Positions 28,731 to 40,903 of a stretch of DNA of 63,002 bases are shown here, in pieces (positions within the stretch are counted from its first letter, which is position 1; each line of letters begins with the position of its first letter). Origin of the DNA: Elainellaceae cyanobacterium (lineage in GTDB: Bacteria; Cyanobacteriota; Cyanobacteriia; CAZCXK01); the NCBI GenBank assembly GCA_051117555.1, contig JBNPEG010000028.1, forward strand, positions 1 through 63,002, written 5' to 3'. A program made the translations under genes and the position numbers. The notes under the pieces are model-generated. The model was not told the DNA's origin. It was given only the letters and a program-made list of their open reading frames with translations, and did no database searches.

Positions 28731-29630
28731 CTAAGCAGGAAGTTGCGCTCTCGGCATCTCTTTAGGACTAGCAGGTGCAGTTGCTTTTAAGTCAATCTCC
28801 AGACCTTCCCACGCCACTACGCTATTAGGGAATTGCTTAGCGGTATCATCCTTAATTTGATCCATGAAATCATCACTATGAAGCGGATCATGATGGAAAA
28901 TGACTAGCTTTTTGGCATTGGCAGCCTTTGCAACTTTTACAGCTTCTTGCCAGGTAGAATGCCCCCAGCCTACCTTGCTCGCCCTCTCTGAGTTATATTC
29001 TTGATCGGTGTAAGTAGCATCGTAAATAAACAAATCGGCGTCGCGCGCTAGCCAAATTACATTCTCATCTAAGCGATCGGGGAAATGCTCGGTATCAGTG
29101 ACGTAAGCCGCTGTCAGCCCATTCCAACTGACGCGATAGCCCACTGCCTCGCCAGGATGGTTAAGCAGAGCATTGTCGACGTGGATATCATCAATATCGA
29201 CTGATTCACCGACTTCCAAATCATAGAAGGACAAATCTGCACCCATAATTTGCAGCGGGACAGGAAAATTGGGATGCAACATTTGATCGTTGAGGCGTTG
29301 TTCGATCGTCGAACCATTCGGAGCGATCGCCCCATAAATATTAAACCGATTACCCGGAACAAATGCAGGAACGAAGAAAGGGAACCCTTGGATGTGATCC
29401 CAATGGGAATGAGTGAAAAACATGTGAGCACGCAATGGCATCTCAGATAGCAGAGCTTGCCCTAAAACTCGCAGCCCAGTGCCGCCATCGAAAATTAGCC
29501 GATGCCCTCCGATTTGCATTTCCACACATGATGTATTGCCGCCATAGCGAACAGTTTCGCCTCCAGGGCACGCAATACTTCCACGAACACCCCAAAACCG
29601 AACCTTAAACTGGTTTGTCGTATCAGCCAT
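28731..29630 (-). CDS. MBL-fold metallohydrolase
   Basis: FWGVRGS, THSHWDH, GWGHS, FHHDP. Confidence 0.9.
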   Translation of the reverse strand: MADTTNQFKVRFWGVRGSIACPGGETVRYGGNTSCVEMQIGGHRLIFDGGTGLRVLGQALLSEMPLRAHMFFTHSHWDHIQGFPFFVPAFVPGNRFNIYGAIAPNGSTIEQRLNDQMLHPNFPVPLQIMGADLSFYDLEVGESVDIDDIHVDNALLNHPGEAVGYRVSWNGLTAAYVTDTEHFPDRLDENVIWLARDADLFIYDATYTDQEYNSERASKVGWGHSTWQEAVKVAKAANAKKLVIFHHDPLHSDDFMDQIKDDTAKQFPNSVVAWEGLEIDLKATAPASPKEMPRAQLPA

Positions 29631-29999
29631 TAGCATTGTGCCAAATCCACCGACATCTCAATAGAAATCTTAACGCCGAGATCCTTATACTACAGTTCGA
29701 ACTAGCGTCAATCTGGTAAGCCTTGCTGTAAACGGAGAGCACTTTGGTAACAGTCTACCTTCTTGCTAACAGTCTACTAGATTCTTCACATGCACCCAGT
29801 TTAAAAGTAAGCAGCATTGATGACAATTTATAGCAATCAATGTCCGCTTCTAGCAATCAATGTCTGCTATTCAAATCTAGGCAGGTTTGAACAACCATCA
29901 TCAAAAGCTAATCCAGAGTACCCAGCCGAATCGACTCAGCACCATTTTGAAAGCGAAATACAGAATTAGTCGGATAAGCTGGATAGAATTTCCCACAAT

Positions 30000-30842
30000 C
30001 TAAAGCTTGTTAGAGAATTCTAGCTTCCAATCCCGTAAACTTGCCAATCCTGATCCAAAGGTCAGATCGTACTGAAGAGGCGTAATCGTGATGTAGTTGT
30101 GCTGAATCGCTTGCACATCAGTGTCCATATCTCGAAACCATTGAGCATCAGATCCGATCGCCTTGAATCCTGGAATATCGGTGAGCCCTGGCTCGTCGAT
30201 TTCTTCTAAAACCTCTCCAGCTAACCAATAATATGTTTTCCCCCGTGGGTCAGTTCGAGTTTCAAACCAATCATAATAGCGTCGAACACCTTGTCGCGTC
30301 AGGGCAGTCCCTGCAATTTCATCTTGCTTGGCGGCTGGGACATTGACATTTAAAAGCATAATCTTGGGAAGAGGACACTGGGAAATATGATTAATTAGAA
30401 CCTGAGCAAAGTTGGCAGCTGGTTGAAAATCTTGAGGAGTAAAACTGGCTAAGCTAAATGCGATTCCGGGAATACCCTCTAAGACACCTTCCATTGCAGC
30501 AGATACCGTCCCTGAGTAGAGAACATCAGTACCGAGATTCGATCCATGATTGATGCCTGAAAGAACAATATCAGGAGGACTGCTTAACAATGCTCCTAAT
30601 GCAAGCTTGACACAGTCGGACGGAGTGCCCGAACATGACCAAGCCTGAATAGACGAGTGAAACCCAGAGCTGACTTGGTCTGCGCGAATTGGCTTATGCA
30701 ATGTTAAGCCATGGCCGGTCGCCGACCGTTCTCGGTCAGGACACACAACTGTGATGTCGTGTCCTGATTGAGCTAGCGTGTTTGCTAATGTGCGAACCCC
30801 TAGAGCAGAGATCCCATCATCGTTACTGATCAAAAGCTTCAT
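30000..30842 (-). CDS. surE: 5'/3'-nucleotidase SurE
   Basis: [30 protein letters not shown]. Confidence 0.96.
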   Translation of the reverse strand: MKLLISNDDGISALGVRTLANTLAQSGHDITVVCPDRERSATGHGLTLHKPIRADQVSSGFHSSIQAWSCSGTPSDCVKLALGALLSSPPDIVLSGINHGSNLGTDVLYSGTVSAAMEGVLEGIPGIAFSLASFTPQDFQPAANFAQVLINHISQCPLPKIMLLNVNVPAAKQDEIAGTALTRQGVRRYYDWFETRTDPRGKTYYWLAGEVLEEIDEPGLTDIPGFKAIGSDAQWFRDMDTDVQAIQHNYITITPLQYDLTFGSGLASLRDWKLEFSNKL

Positions 30843-31209
30843 GGCTCTCAGACGTAAACCGTTTGATTAATGATTCAGATTAATGAGTCAGGCATTACAC
30901 GTGTGCCATCATCACATAGATGACATCCGACACAATACTTGACTGTAGATTGCAAAGGTTGTCTCTCTATTTTGACTGGGATCAAATCGTCTGACAGAGC
31001 TTTTCAGAAAGCTATAGATGTTTTGAGCGCTTATTTATAAACCCTATGGGATAATTGGTCTGCCTTTAGAGCAATGTGAGAGCAATGTGCTTAAGATTTA
31101 GACGGTTAACGATAAACTGATAAAGAAGAAGAAGAGCTGAGAAATGGCTTTTCTCGCTTACACAAACATATTCCCTAATGTTGACTACGATTGCATGGCA
31201 CCTACAAGC

Positions 31210-32214
31210 ATGACCAACTCGCCAAACGACTTGGAGGCTCAGTTAGACGCCTTACAGCGTGAAGCACATCAGGCGATCGCTTCTGCAACCACTCTGAGCG
31301 ACCTCGAATCCCTAAGAGTTCAGTATCTGGGAAAGAAGGGGCAACTATCCCGAATTTTAGGTGGCATGGGTAAGTTATCACCTGAGGAACGTCCCAAAAT
31401 CGGTGCGTTAGCAAATCAGGTTAAGGAAGCTCTACAGAGCAATTTGGAACAAAAGCTTGATGCCTTAAAATCTGCACAGATTGAGTCGCAACTGGCATCT
31501 GAGACATTGGATGTAACAATGCCAGGTGTTTATCGTCCTCAAGGGCGACTGCATCCATTAACCAGCACCACTGATCGAGTTCTGGATATTTTTGTGGGGC
31601 TTGGCTATACCGTTTCCCAAGGACCTGAGATGGAAACGGATTATTACAACTTTGAGGCTCTGAATACACCAGAAGACCATCCGGCCCGCGATATGGCAGA
31701 TACATTTTATCTCCCGGATGGGAACTTGCTGCGGACGCATACCTCGTCGGTTCAAATTCGATATATGGAAGAGAATGATCCACCGATTCGGATCGTGGCT
31801 CCAGGTCGCGTATATCGCCGAGACACGGCAGATGCCACTCACTCCGTCGTCTTTCATCAAGTCGAGATTTTAGCGGTTGATGAGGGGCTTACATTCACTG
31901 ACTTGAAAGGAACGATCAAGATTTTCCTACAAACCTTTTTTGGAGAGGAATTACCTATTCGTTTCAGACCCAGTTTCTTTCCGTTCACTGAGCCTTCTGC
32001 AGAAGTGGATATTCAATGGCGAGGGCGTTGGTTGGAGGTCATGGGCTGCGGCATGGTTGATCCCAATGTTTTAAAGGCAGTGGGATATGACCCTGAGGTT
32101 TATACCGGCTTTGCAGCTGGCTTTGGTGTTGAGCGATTTGCACTTAGACTCTATCAGATTGATGATATTCGCCGTCTTTACACCAGCGATATTCGGTTCT
32201 TGAGTCAGTTCTAA
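31210..32214 (+). CDS. pheS: Phenylalanine-tRNA ligase alpha subunit
   Basis: [30 protein letters not shown]. Confidence 0.97.
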   Translation: MTNSPNDLEAQLDALQREAHQAIASATTLSDLESLRVQYLGKKGQLSRILGGMGKLSPEERPKIGALANQVKEALQSNLEQKLDALKSAQIESQLASETLDVTMPGVYRPQGRLHPLTSTTDRVLDIFVGLGYTVSQGPEMETDYYNFEALNTPEDHPARDMADTFYLPDGNLLRTHTSSVQIRYMEENDPPIRIVAPGRVYRRDTADATHSVVFHQVEILAVDEGLTFTDLKGTIKIFLQTFFGEELPIRFRPSFFPFTEPSAEVDIQWRGRWLEVMGCGMVDPNVLKAVGYDPEVYTGFAAGFGVERFALRLYQIDDIRRLYTSDIRFLSQF

Positions 32215-32361
32215 GACGTCAGCAAATTTTACGGGATTTTGAATGGGGGCATCGAGGGGGTAATTAGACCGCTTTGCTGAGATCATTCGGCGAGAGTTCC
32301 AGATGAGGTAGAGGAATTAATTTCGTTGGCGATCGCACAATGCAGACATTATTCAAGCATT

Positions 32362-32982
32362 TTAGGACGATACGTCTTTCCGAGTTGAGCCTAAATATCT
32401 CTCTAAATAGGGCGAAAATACCTCATAGATCAGGGTTAAGGGTTGTCCATGATGCCAAAATAAATAGTGCCGTCCCCAAAAGGGGCCCGCTTCGCCAAAT
32501 GCATCTTCTAATGCATCCGAATGACCGTAATATAACCCTTGGACATCTCGGTATAGCTCTGTGCGAAGGCGAGCTAGGCTCGCCCAAATTGGGAGAGAAC
32601 GGTTTTGCAAATACTCATCGACGTGATTCGCTTCCCACCAGGATGTTGCATAGGCAAGCCGCTGACCTGAGGCAGTGCGGAGCCAGACCTGCCGTCTCAA
32701 GCGAGGGCCTGGCACTTTCGCGATTAGATTAGGCGCACCATCAAGGCCATCGCCAACCAATGACATATCGATCACGTCCACTTCAGTGGGTTCTCGAGTT
32801 AAAAGCTGGAGATGTCGAGTCGGAGAGCCATCTCCCAGCAAAAGAATTTGCCAACTCGGAGCAAGTTGTTCGTGAGGTAATCCTTGTTGGACAACTCGCG
32901 CGTCGCCATACCAAATCGGATGGAGAGCGTGCCAGGCTTTAGGTAAGGCAGCTAGATCGGTGTTTCTAAACGCTGGAGTCAA
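32362..32982 (-). CDS. ubiC: Chorismate lyase (cyanobacterial UbiC/DUF98)
   Basis: LLGDGSPTRHL, RRQVWL, LAYATSWW, LIYEVFSP. Confidence 0.85.
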   Translation of the reverse strand: MTPAFRNTDLAALPKAWHALHPIWYGDARVVQQGLPHEQLAPSWQILLLGDGSPTRHLQLLTREPTEVDVIDMSLVGDGLDGAPNLIAKVPGPRLRRQVWLRTASGQRLAYATSWWEANHVDEYLQNRSLPIWASLARLRTELYRDVQGLYYGHSDALEDAFGEAGPFWGRHYLFWHHGQPLTLIYEVFSPYLERYLGSTRKDVSS

Positions 32983-33132
32983 GGGTATTTACAAAACTTT
33001 ATCTTCGTATTTGCATCATAATACTGATTGCTGACTTAAGGGTACTTTTCCTTAAAAGCACTGAATCTATCCTACCGTTTGAAGACGACAGAGCTAGTCG
33101 TTTATCTAGCTCGCCATACCCGTTATCCGCCG

Positions 33133-34590
33133 ATGAATCAACTTACAGAATCTGGTATATCCCCTGAATCCGAAAAACTGTCTCTCAAAACTAAGCTCGC
33201 ATTTGGTGCTGGAGACATGGGAGCTGGCATGACCGCGAATTTGGTCGTGTTTTCTTTTCTCGTCTTTTTGACGAATGTTGCCGGATTGAGCCCCCGACTG
33301 GCTGGAACAATATTGCTGATTGGCAAAATTTGGGATGGATTTAATGATCCACTCATTGGTTTTTTGAGCGATCGCACTCGTTCTCGGTGGGGACGTCGCC
33401 ACTCTTGGATGCTCTATGGCTCTATTCCGTTCGGGATTAGTTTTGCCCTGATGTGGGTTGTCCCAGACTTTGGAGGCTCAACGATGGCCAAGTTTTGGTA
33501 TTACGTCGTAGTCTCCATCATATTTTTCACGACTTACACCTCCGTAAATTTGCCCTATGCCGCTCTGACTGCTGAATTGACTCAAGACTATGACGAACGG
33601 ACAAATCTGAGCAGTTTTCGGTTGGCGTTTTCATTGGCGGGTGCAGTATTAGGATTAGCCCTGGGCTTTATATTTGCAGCCAATATTCCCAATTTAGAAT
33701 CGCAGCATCTATTTCTGGGCATCACCTGCGCGGTGCTTTCCGTTCTTCCACTCTACTGGTGTATCTGGGGCACTCGGGGGCGGCTCCGATACAATGCGGA
33801 GCGAAAAGCCCAACAATCAGCTAATTCGGGCGATCGCCATCTATCCTCTCTTCCCATCCAATCTCAATTCAAAATCGTATTCAGCAATCGTCCATTTTTA
33901 TTTGTAATCGGCATCTACCTATTGTCTTGGCTGGCTCTGCAAATTACAGCCGCCATCATTCCCTACTTTGTGGTTAACTGGATGGGCTTAGACTCCTATT
34001 TTTCAGTGGCTCTAATCGTTCAGGGGTGCGCGATCCCGATGCTGTTTGTCTGTAGCGCAATCAGTCAGAAAGTCGGGAAGCGAGGCATTTATTTTATTGG
34101 TATGAGTTTTTGGATTGTTGTTCAGGCGGGGCTAGTATTTCTTCAACCTGACCAAGTCGGACTAATGTATGTATTGGCGTTGGCTGCAAGTTTTGGAGTG
34201 GCAACAGCCTATGTAGTCCCGTGGTCGATGCTGCCCGATGTGATCGAGCTTGATGAACTGCAAACTGGACAACGCCGTGAAGGAGTGTTTTATTCTTTTA
34301 TGACGCTGCTTCAAAAAATGGGGCTTGCTATCGGCATCTTTCTAGTCGGTTATGCGTTAGAGTTTGCAGGCTTCGTTTCTCGAACCCCTGGTCAACCTAT
34401 TCCCGAGCAACCCGAATCAGCGCTCCTTGCCATTCGTCTTGCCATCGGCCCCCTGCCAACACTCTGCCTAATCCTAGGTCTGGTCCTGGTGTATTTTTAT
34501 CCGCTGACCCGAGAAATCCATGACGATATTCTCTTAAAGCTTCGGCAGAAGCACCAATCGTCCCCCCGAGATAATCTTCCATCGAATTAG
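33133..34590 (+). CDS. MFS glycoside-pentoside-hexuronide:cation symporter
   Basis: DGFNDPLIG..SDRTRSRWGRR, YDERTNLSSFR, DVIELDELQTGQRREG. Confidence 0.9.
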   Translation: MNQLTESGISPESEKLSLKTKLAFGAGDMGAGMTANLVVFSFLVFLTNVAGLSPRLAGTILLIGKIWDGFNDPLIGFLSDRTRSRWGRRHSWMLYGSIPFGISFALMWVVPDFGGSTMAKFWYYVVVSIIFFTTYTSVNLPYAALTAELTQDYDERTNLSSFRLAFSLAGAVLGLALGFIFAANIPNLESQHLFLGITCAVLSVLPLYWCIWGTRGRLRYNAERKAQQSANSGDRHLSSLPIQSQFKIVFSNRPFLFVIGIYLLSWLALQITAAIIPYFVVNWMGLDSYFSVALIVQGCAIPMLFVCSAISQKVGKRGIYFIGMSFWIVVQAGLVFLQPDQVGLMYVLALAASFGVATAYVVPWSMLPDVIELDELQTGQRREGVFYSFMTLLQKMGLAIGIFLVGYALEFAGFVSRTPGQPIPEQPESALLAIRLAIGPLPTLCLILGLVLVYFYPLTREIHDDILLKLRQKHQSSPRDNLPSN

Positions 34591-34706
34591 CAAAATACAT
34601 CCGGTGGGATGCCCCATATCGAGATAGGATTATAAACAAATGTTTGTGATCCCCATTCATGACTCTGGTTAATTTGCCGTTTTGCTTCCTTGACTGCTGA
34701 GGTTAT

Positions 34707-35111
34707 ATGAAACGATTTTTCTCCTGCGTCTTTGCCTTACTGCTTGTTTTCTCGATCGGTTTAACAGGATGCTCATCTCCGGCATCTTCATCTGGATTGA
34801 CCGGAAATTATCGACAAGACACATTGACGGTGATTGAAACTCTGAGGACGGCACTTAATCTACCCGAAGAATCTCCTGAAAAGCCAGAAGCGCAGCAGAT
34901 AGCACGCCAGAGTATTAATGAATTTGCGTCTCGCTATCGCCGCGACTCATCAATAACCCGACTCAGTTCCTTTACTACAATGCGGACAGCGCTGAATTCT
35001 CTAGCGGGTCACTACAGTTCTTATCCGAATCGGCCCGTTCCTGAAAAGCTCAAAAGTCGCCTTGAGCAAGAGTTTAGGCGCGTCGAGGCTGCCTTGAGGC
35101 GAGGTTCGTAG
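34707..35111 (+). CDS. psb27: Photosystem II assembly lipoprotein Psb27
   Basis: Lipobox LTGC; SFTTMRTALNSLAGHYSSYPNRPVP. Confidence 0.96.
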   Translation: MKRFFSCVFALLLVFSIGLTGCSSPASSSGLTGNYRQDTLTVIETLRTALNLPEESPEKPEAQQIARQSINEFASRYRRDSSITRLSSFTTMRTALNSLAGHYSSYPNRPVPEKLKSRLEQEFRRVEAALRRGS

Positions 35112-35241
35112 CTAGAACTTAAACACAATATTCCGCCTCGAATTTGAATTCCCTCTAGATAAAGCCAAATTGGGGTTGCGATTTTTGACGACACCCAGGA
35201 AGGATAGAGTCTACCTATCTCTATCCCGGGTGTTGTTTGAA

Positions 35242-36324
35242 TTAGTGGCTCAGTTCTAGCGTTTGCTGACCTAACTGCTCGGAGGACGCGTTAGACATTT
35301 CGCTGTCGAGTTGAGACTGCAAGACTCTAGTGAGAATAGACGTTGGACGTTGGCGATGGGGCCATGCAAAGGCATGACGGAATGCTGCATCTTGGCAGGC
35401 GCGGAGTTCATCAAAGCCAATCACATCTTGGGTGAGTAGGCTCTCATACTCAAACGGTAATCGAACATTATGAAGCCCCGCATTATCGGTGCAAATGGCA
35501 ATTTCAACTCCAGCATCAAAACATCGTTCAAAGACAACCTTGAGTTCTTGGATACTGTCTAGCGTACCGGTTTTGAGATAAGTCGTTGGGCATACTTCTA
35601 AGCATTGCTGCCGGTCTGCTAGTTCCTCCAGGAGATCGGGATAGCGCAGTGGGATTTGGATACCATGCCCAATTCGCATCAGGTAGGGCAGCAGTTCTGG
35701 ATAGCATCCGTCTCGAGTTTCATAAACGTGCCCGGTGGTATTAAGCCCCAGCGATCGCGCATAGCGATAGAGATCGATAAATTCTTCAAGGCGATCGCCA
35801 TAGTGAGCATCACCTCCCGCCAAATCAACTCCACATATATAGCGGGGAGTTTTAGCGGCCAACTCTACAATTGCCCGATTCACCTCATAGGGTAACCGAG
35901 AGTGCATACACAAAATTTGGCTAGTCACGATGGGATATTCACCCACTTGGCTAGCTTTGCCCACGACATCAACAATATGAGCCATATATTCGATGCGATC
36001 AGCTTGACTCAAATGCTCCGGTGTCCGCAGGTATGGAGTATAGCGCAACTCTAGATATGCCAGATTCTCGAAAATATATGCACCCCGCATCAATCGATAA
36101 ATAAAATAGGGCAACGCGTCTGCCGTCTGCACACTCTCAACTAGAGTATGCAACTCTAAATATTCATCTAGGGTATTGCGAGGCTGCGTGTAAAAATGCT
36201 CGAATGAAGCATAGTCTGAGAATTGTTGCGCCAAATCAGTGTGATTGCGCTGAAAATAGCGCCAAAGGATACGAGGGACAACGGACCCTCCGAGATGTCG
36301 ATGTAATTCGGCATATAACGTCAC
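35242..36324 (-). CDS. add: Adenosine deaminase family protein
   Basis: AELHRHLGGS, RIGHGI, EVCPT, TDN. Confidence 0.88.
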   Translation of the reverse strand: MTLYAELHRHLGGSVVPRILWRYFQRNHTDLAQQFSDYASFEHFYTQPRNTLDEYLELHTLVESVQTADALPYFIYRLMRGAYIFENLAYLELRYTPYLRTPEHLSQADRIEYMAHIVDVVGKASQVGEYPIVTSQILCMHSRLPYEVNRAIVELAAKTPRYICGVDLAGGDAHYGDRLEEFIDLYRYARSLGLNTTGHVYETRDGCYPELLPYLMRIGHGIQIPLRYPDLLEELADRQQCLEVCPTTYLKTGTLDSIQELKVVFERCFDAGVEIAICTDNAGLHNVRLPFEYESLLTQDVIGFDELRACQDAAFRHAFAWPHRQRPTSILTRVLQSQLDSEMSNASSEQLGQQTLELSH

Positions 36325-36619
36325 AAGAAGAACCTCTCTACGTTGAATAATCAGGATTTAGAATTTCACTGACAGCGACTTAAATATACGGACTTAAGTC
36401 AGTTTGACCTGACTGATGTCAACATTCCGGTGATTTCGACAAACCTGTTTAGTCGTTTAAAGCACCTAGCTGGGCGTGCTTACATAAAATGATAGATAAT
36501 CAAACCTAGTTTTTTCTGAAATTTGAGATATTCGCTTCGGATTTCACCCGTCTTGGTGATATGACACTCAAAATCAAAAATATGGGTTGACATTTAAGCG
36601 GTCAGATTAAGATAATTAG

Positions 36620-37993
<1,374 letters not shown>

Positions 37994-38093
37994 ACGTTTG
38001 ATAAGACTCAGCGGGCTGGTCTTCAATTGTCTCGGCTTGCCATGCTGTGAATGGGTTCGATAACTGTTTGAATGATTTAGATGGACAACACCT

Positions 38094-38744
38094 ATGGAAC
38101 TCACTGTTGAATGTAAAACGCGAGATGCAAAAGCGAAACCAAAATCACTTCGTCGGCAAGGTTTGATTCCAGCCGTTTTGTACGGACATAAAGGGGCAGA
38201 GTCCGTCTCTTTGACATTAGACGCCAAAGCAGCCGATTTTTTGGTTAGAAATGCATCCATTAATAATACCCTCGTCCGGGTTCAGGTTGCTGATTTACCT
38301 TGGAGTGGAAGAGCTCTACTTCGTGATGTCCATGCTCACCCCGCTAAGGGCTATCTTTATCACTTGAGTTTCTTCTCGGTTGCGGCTCAAGACACTATCG
38401 AAGTGACCGTTCCCATCCACTTTGTTGGGGACGCCGTCGGTGTAGTGGAGGAGCGAGGAGCTATGGATACAGTCTTGACTGAGCTTCAGGTGCAGTGCGA
38501 TCCTGACCATATTCCAGAAAGTATCGAGGTTGATGTTTCAGCACTCAATATTGGAGATGCTCTACATGTCAGGGAACTCGCGCTTCCTAGCAAGGTGAGT
38601 GCGGTTGGTGAACCAGAGCGTGTAGTCGTGTCGGTTCTGCCTCCTAGATTGGCTCCAGAGCCTGAAGAGGCTGAACCTGTTAACCCCGCCGTGGCAGAAG
38701 CGCTGGCTATCATGGATGCCGATGAGGATGCTGAAGAATCATGA
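38094..38744 (+). CDS. rplY: 50S ribosomal protein L25/Ctc
   Basis: LRRQGLIPAVLYG; C-terminal IPESIEVDVSAL beta domain. Confidence 0.95.
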   Translation: MELTVECKTRDAKAKPKSLRRQGLIPAVLYGHKGAESVSLTLDAKAADFLVRNASINNTLVRVQVADLPWSGRALLRDVHAHPAKGYLYHLSFFSVAAQDTIEVTVPIHFVGDAVGVVEERGAMDTVLTELQVQCDPDHIPESIEVDVSALNIGDALHVRELALPSKVSAVGEPERVVVSVLPPRLAPEPEEAEPVNPAVAEALAIMDADEDAEES

Positions 38745-38848
38745 TTGGCCAGTTTGATGACTCGTTTTAGATTGAATGGCGATCGCCCAGCCATTGCATT
38801 CTCAGCTGAATTTTTATTTCAACTGAATTTTCAATAGCTGATTCAGCG

Positions 38849-38876
38849 TTTAGCCAGGGAATACTCCCTGGCTAAA
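38849..38876. terminator. Stem-loop after rplY
   Basis: Perfect 12-bp stem TTTAGCCAGGGA / TCCCTGGCTAAA with 4-nt loop. Confidence 0.6.
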
Positions 38877-38922
38877 ATTATTTATAAGTTTAACCCGCGT
38901 TTGATGATCTAAAAAACACACT

Positions 38923-40458
38923 ATGACGAATACTGCGCTCCCTCTGCTAATTCAGCAGATGTTAGATTCCAACTTTTATCCTCATCCTGTTCAGGAGCCG
39001 ATTCGGCTCGTTCAAACTCACATTTCTTATGTGCTACTGACCGGCGACTATGCCTACAAAATTAAGAAACCCCTCAACTTCGGTTTTTTAGACTATTCAA
39101 CACTTGATAAGCGCCATTATTTTTGTAAAGAAGAGTTGCGCCTCAATCAGCGAGGTGCAGCCAAACTCTATCTCGATGTTGTTGCAATCGTGCAGCAGGG
39201 AGAGACGTTTCAGTTTGCTGAGCAAGGAACACCCGTCGAATATGCAGTCAAGATGCGGCAGTTTCCTCAAGACGCGCTGCTTAGTCATAAGTTTCGTCAG
39301 GGCAAACTCACGCTGGAGCTGATTGAATGGCTTGCAAATGTCGTTGCAGACTTTCATAACCAATCGGAAACGAATGATTACATTCGTTCATTTGGCGAAA
39401 TTTCTCAAATTCGAGCTGCCTTCGACGAAAATTATGAGCAGACCCAAAAATATATTGGAGGTCCTCAAACTCAAGCTCAGTTTGAGGAGACGCGGGCATA
39501 CACCAATCAGTTTTTCTCTAATCGAACCGAGCTGTTTGCCAGCCGAATTCATAACGATCGGATTCGAGAGTGTCACGGAGACTTGCACCTAGGTAATATC
39601 TGTCTATGGAACGATACGTTATATCTATTTGACTGTATCGAATTCAACGAACCATTTCGATTTGTCGATGTGATGTTTGACATCGCGTATATCGTCATGG
39701 ATTTGGAGGCCGGAAAGCGTCCTGATTTGAGTAACGCATTTCTTAATGCCTACATCGAGCAAACCGGAGATTGGGAAGGGTTGCAAGTTTTGCCAATTTA
39801 TGTGAATCGTCAGACCTATGTGCGAGCCAAAGTCACATCCTTTATGCTCGACGATGCATCGGTTTCTGATGAAGACAAGCAGCAGGCATTCCAAACTGCA
39901 TCCCTGTATTATCAGCTCGCGTGGGAATATAGCCAGCCTCGACAAGGACAATTAATTGTGATGAGCGGTTTGTCAGGTTCAGGCAAAACAACCGTTGCGC
40001 GACACCTTGCGCGACAAATTAACGCAATTCATATTCGATCGGATGCAGTTCGTAAACATCTTGGCAAAATTCCGCTGCATCAACGAGGGGGCAATGATTT
40101 GTACACTCCAGAGATGACTCAAAAAACCTACAATCGCTTACTCGATTTGGGCACCATGCTGGCGAATCAGGGATATTCGGTAATTTTAGACGCAAAATAT
40201 GATCGGGCATCCCTTCGAAAAAAGGTAATTGCTCAGGCGGATACTCATGAGCTACCCCTTACAATTTTGCACTGCACCGCACCCATGGAGGTGTTAAAAG
40301 AGCGTCTTCAAAATCGCTCTGACGATATTGCTGACGCGACAACCGATATCTTGGCTGGGCAGCATCTAGAGCCTTTTCAAGACGCGGAACGCACGTATGT
40401 GAGACCACTCGATACAACTCAAGATATTTCATCTCAGCTAGCAGTATTATTAAAATGA
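38923..40458 (+). CDS. Aminoglycoside phosphotransferase-like kinase / AAA_33 P-loop fusion
   Basis: QTHIS, ECHGDLHLGN, FDCIEFN; GLSGSGKT. Confidence 0.88.
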   Translation: MTNTALPLLIQQMLDSNFYPHPVQEPIRLVQTHISYVLLTGDYAYKIKKPLNFGFLDYSTLDKRHYFCKEELRLNQRGAAKLYLDVVAIVQQGETFQFAEQGTPVEYAVKMRQFPQDALLSHKFRQGKLTLELIEWLANVVADFHNQSETNDYIRSFGEISQIRAAFDENYEQTQKYIGGPQTQAQFEETRAYTNQFFSNRTELFASRIHNDRIRECHGDLHLGNICLWNDTLYLFDCIEFNEPFRFVDVMFDIAYIVMDLEAGKRPDLSNAFLNAYIEQTGDWEGLQVLPIYVNRQTYVRAKVTSFMLDDASVSDEDKQQAFQTASLYYQLAWEYSQPRQGQLIVMSGLSGSGKTTVARHLARQINAIHIRSDAVRKHLGKIPLHQRGGNDLYTPEMTQKTYNRLLDLGTMLANQGYSVILDAKYDRASLRKKVIAQADTHELPLTILHCTAPMEVLKERLQNRSDDIADATTDILAGQHLEPFQDAERTYVRPLDTTQDISSQLAVLLK

Positions 40459-40564
40459 AGAATACAGAAATAGGCAAGGGTGTGCTTCCATAAATTTGTG
40501 CGAAAGCCTTGCCGTAAAAGACTGAATAGCATCAAATCATTGCTCTCTTAATTTGTGTTAGCCA

Positions 40565-40867
40565 ATGAAAAGCTCTGTCAAAGTCGGATTACAGCTTTGG
40601 CTTATTTTTGTTGTTAGTTTTGTTTTGCTTGGCTATCCTGCCCCGTTTAGCCTAATAATTGCTGCGATCGCCGGATTAGCTGGTAGTTTCATCACCACCT
40701 GGATGAACAACCAGGGCCATGCGTCCCCCAAACAAAACAAGGCTTTGACGCAACTTCGCAAGCAGTTAGGACTAACCGGAGAAGGCAAAGATAACAAAGT
40801 TCGGCGTCGGTCGAAACGAACTTATCCGGGTCTATTCGGGCTAGGTCCCCGGCAGACAAAGCGCTGA
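40565..40867 (+). CDS. Small membrane protein, hypothetical
   Basis: Two N-terminal hydrophobic helices; basic tail. Confidence 0.6.
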   Translation: MKSSVKVGLQLWLIFVVSFVLLGYPAPFSLIIAAIAGLAGSFITTWMNNQGHASPKQNKALTQLRKQLGLTGEGKDNKVRRRSKRTYPGLFGLGPRQTKR

Positions 40868-40903
40868 GACAATCCCGCTCTTTATTCAGCAATGCCAGGA
40901 AAA